Source: Actinomycetota bacterium (GTDB lineage: Bacteria; Actinomycetota; Thermoleophilia; Gaiellales; Gaiellaceae). From it: a stretch of 64,000 nucleotides of DNA. Of this stretch, positions 62,772-64,000 are shown piece after piece. The DNA is taken from positions 5,534 through 69,533 of the forward strand of contig JBKPPY010000020.1 in assembly GCA_046733845.1 (NCBI GenBank), given 5' to 3'. The notes beneath the pieces were generated by a model. The model did not search any database and had not been told where the DNA came from. It was given only the letters and a program-made list of their open reading frames with translations. Each line of letters begins with the position of its first letter. Within the stretch, counting starts at the first letter, position 1. The position numbers and the translations under genes are program-made.

Positions 62772-64000
62772 GTGCTCGAGTTCAAGCTCCTCGGGCCGAT
62801 CGAGGTCGGCGAGGACGGCACCTCCATCGTGCTCGGCGGCCCGAGGCAGCGCGCCCTGCTTGCCCTCCTGCTGATCCATGCGCGCGAGGTGCTCTCGACG
62901 GACCGGATCATCGAAGAGCTCTGGGGCGAGCAGCCGCCGACTAATGCCAAGGCCGGGCTCCACAACCTCGTCGCCCAGCTACGCCGGCTGCTCCCGAGCG
63001 ACGTCCTCTTGAGAAGGCCGCCCGGGTACGTGCTCCGGATCGAGCCGGATCAGCTCGATGTGAACCGCTTCGAGCAGCTGGTCGCCGACTCGAGAGGGCA
63101 GGACGCGAAGCAGCGGTCGCGGCTGCTGCGCGAGGCGCTGGCCCTGTGGCGAGGCTCCCCGCTCGCCGACTTCGCGTACGAGAGCTTCGCCCTGGGGGAG
63201 ATCCGCCGGCTCGAGGAGCTCAGGCTCGACGCTCTCGAGGACCGGATCGACGCCGACCTCGAGCTCGGCGGGGGCGGAGAGCTCGTCGGCGAGCTCGAGG
63301 GGCTGGTCACGGCGCATCCGCTCCGCGAGCGCCTGCGCGGGCAACTGATGCTCGCGTTGTACCGATCGGGACGGCAGGCGGAGGCAATCCAGGCCTACCA
63401 CGACGCTCGCCGCACACTGGCGGACGAACTCGGCATCGATCCGAGCCCGGCGCTGCAGCAGCGCTTTCGCTCGATGCTCAAGCAGGAGGACGCGCTAGAG
63501 CGTCCGTCCGCGCAGCACCCGGTCGAGGACCACCTCGGAGACGTCGTCGACGCGTTCCTCGCCGGCCGCCTCGTGTTCATCGTCGGCGAGGGCGTCAACC
63601 ATCCGGGCGAGCCGGCGGAGAACGGCCTGCCCGGGCCGGCCCAGGTAGCGGCGCACCTGGCTCGCTGCTTCGAATGCCCGCCCGACCACGCGCTCGACCT
63701 GGCCCACGTCGCCGAGTACGTCGCGCTGACCAAGGGTGTGGGTCCTCTCTACGACGAGCTGCACACCCTCTTCGACCTGGAGAGCGCCCCCGGTCCCGTC
63801 CATCGGACGCTGGCCGAGCTGGCCCGGCTGCTCCGAGCACGCGGCGGCTCGAACCAGCTGATCGTCACCACCAACTTCGACGACGTCCTGGAGCAGGCGT
63901 TCACGGACGCCGGCGAGGCGTTCGACGTCGTCTCCTACCTCGCCCTCGGGCCGAATCGCGGCAAGTTCCTCCACGTCGGCTCCGACGGTGCGGCCGCGCT
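62772..64000 (+). CDS. SARP (winged HTH + BTAD) fused to a SIR2-like (SIR2_2-type) domain; 3' end outside window
   Basis: Not in the ORF track because there is no stop codon before the window end. My translation from GTG 62772 reads VLEFKLLGPIEVGEDG...ALLALLLIHAREVL...LALWRGSPLADFAYESFA...LMLALYRSGRQAEAI. From about 63534 it continues GRLVFIVGEGVN..GLPGPAQVAAHLA..PVHRTLAELA..LIVTTNFDDVLEQAF. Confidence 0.75.
   Translation, partial: MLEFKLLGPIEVGEDGTSIVLGGPRQRALLALLLIHAREVLSTDRIIEELWGEQPPTNAKAGLHNLVAQLRRLLPSDVLLRRPPGYVLRIEPDQLDVNRFEQLVADSRGQDAKQRSRLLREALALWRGSPLADFAYESFALGEIRRLEELRLDALEDRIDADLELGGGGELVGELEGLVTAHPLRERLRGQLMLALYRSGRQAEAIQAYHDARRTLADELGIDPSPALQQRFRSMLKQEDALERPSAQHPVEDHLGDVVDAFLAGRLVFIVGEGVNHPGEPAENGLPGPAQVAAHLARCFECPPDHALDLAHVAEYVALTKGVGPLYDELHTLFDLESAPGPVHRTLAELARLLRARGGSNQLIVTTNFDDVLEQAFTDAGEAFDVVSYLALGPNRGKFLHVGSDGAAA

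Overview
Very GC-rich bacterial chromosomal segment (roughly 70% GC by eye, not computed) with Actinomycetota-style organisation. It holds about 60 protein-coding genes in tight operons, and at least 17 neighbouring gene pairs overlap by 4 nt (ATGA/GTGA). I found no rRNA, tRNA, CRISPR array, transposase or integrase. All protein calls come from motif and family recognition by eye on the supplied translations; no searches were run.

Content by region:
- 1-3.8 kb: end of a xanthine-dehydrogenase/CoxL-family cluster with CoxG and an AAA ATPase.
- 3.8-12.1 kb: sugar-acid-type genes (aldo/keto reductase, epimerase, IlvD/Edd dehydratase, MBL hydrolase), a sugar ABC importer and a GntR/FadR regulator.
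- 12.1-32.6 kb: a dense catabolic island. It contains three luciferase-like (LLM) oxidoreductases, a flavin reductase, an M20 peptidase, two creatinase-like M24 peptidases, an FAH hydrolase, an HMGL-like synthase, a VOC protein, a CrtI-like FAD oxidoreductase, a Liv-type ABC importer, an amidinotransferase-fold enzyme and two ketopantoate-reductase paralogues.
- 33.7-38.7 kb: hom-thrC-thrB, chained by overlaps to an APH(6)-like kinase, a PPOX-family protein and a rhodanese.
- 38.9-53.5 kb: dinB, a second XDH-family CoxSML-like cluster, hydantoinase B/A, fhs, an HTH-Clp_N protein, an EamA transporter and a class III aminotransferase.
- 53.5-64 kb: an island flanked by SARP regulators.

Most unusual observations:
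1. A ~135-nt palindrome-bearing repeat is present twice, once intergenic and once inserted in frame inside hydantoinase A.
2. The SARP island contains twin divergent mini-ORFs, each with its own Shine-Dalgarno sequence and terminator. It also holds an MFS exporter, an M23 peptidase, a secreted hydrolase-like protein and a SARP-cyclase-STAND regulator. At the window edge is a SARP (wHTH+BTAD) fused to a SIR2-like domain. Four 11-bp-phased NCTAAY direct-repeat sites occupy its intergenic regions.
3. Many operons carry a leaderless-type promoter (TANNNT 6-7 nt before the start codon).
4. Three genes appear to need a CTG start embedded in a CTGA stop/start overlap.
5. Three tandem GTCTA-N6-TAGAC operators lie on the start of the HTH-Clp_N gene.
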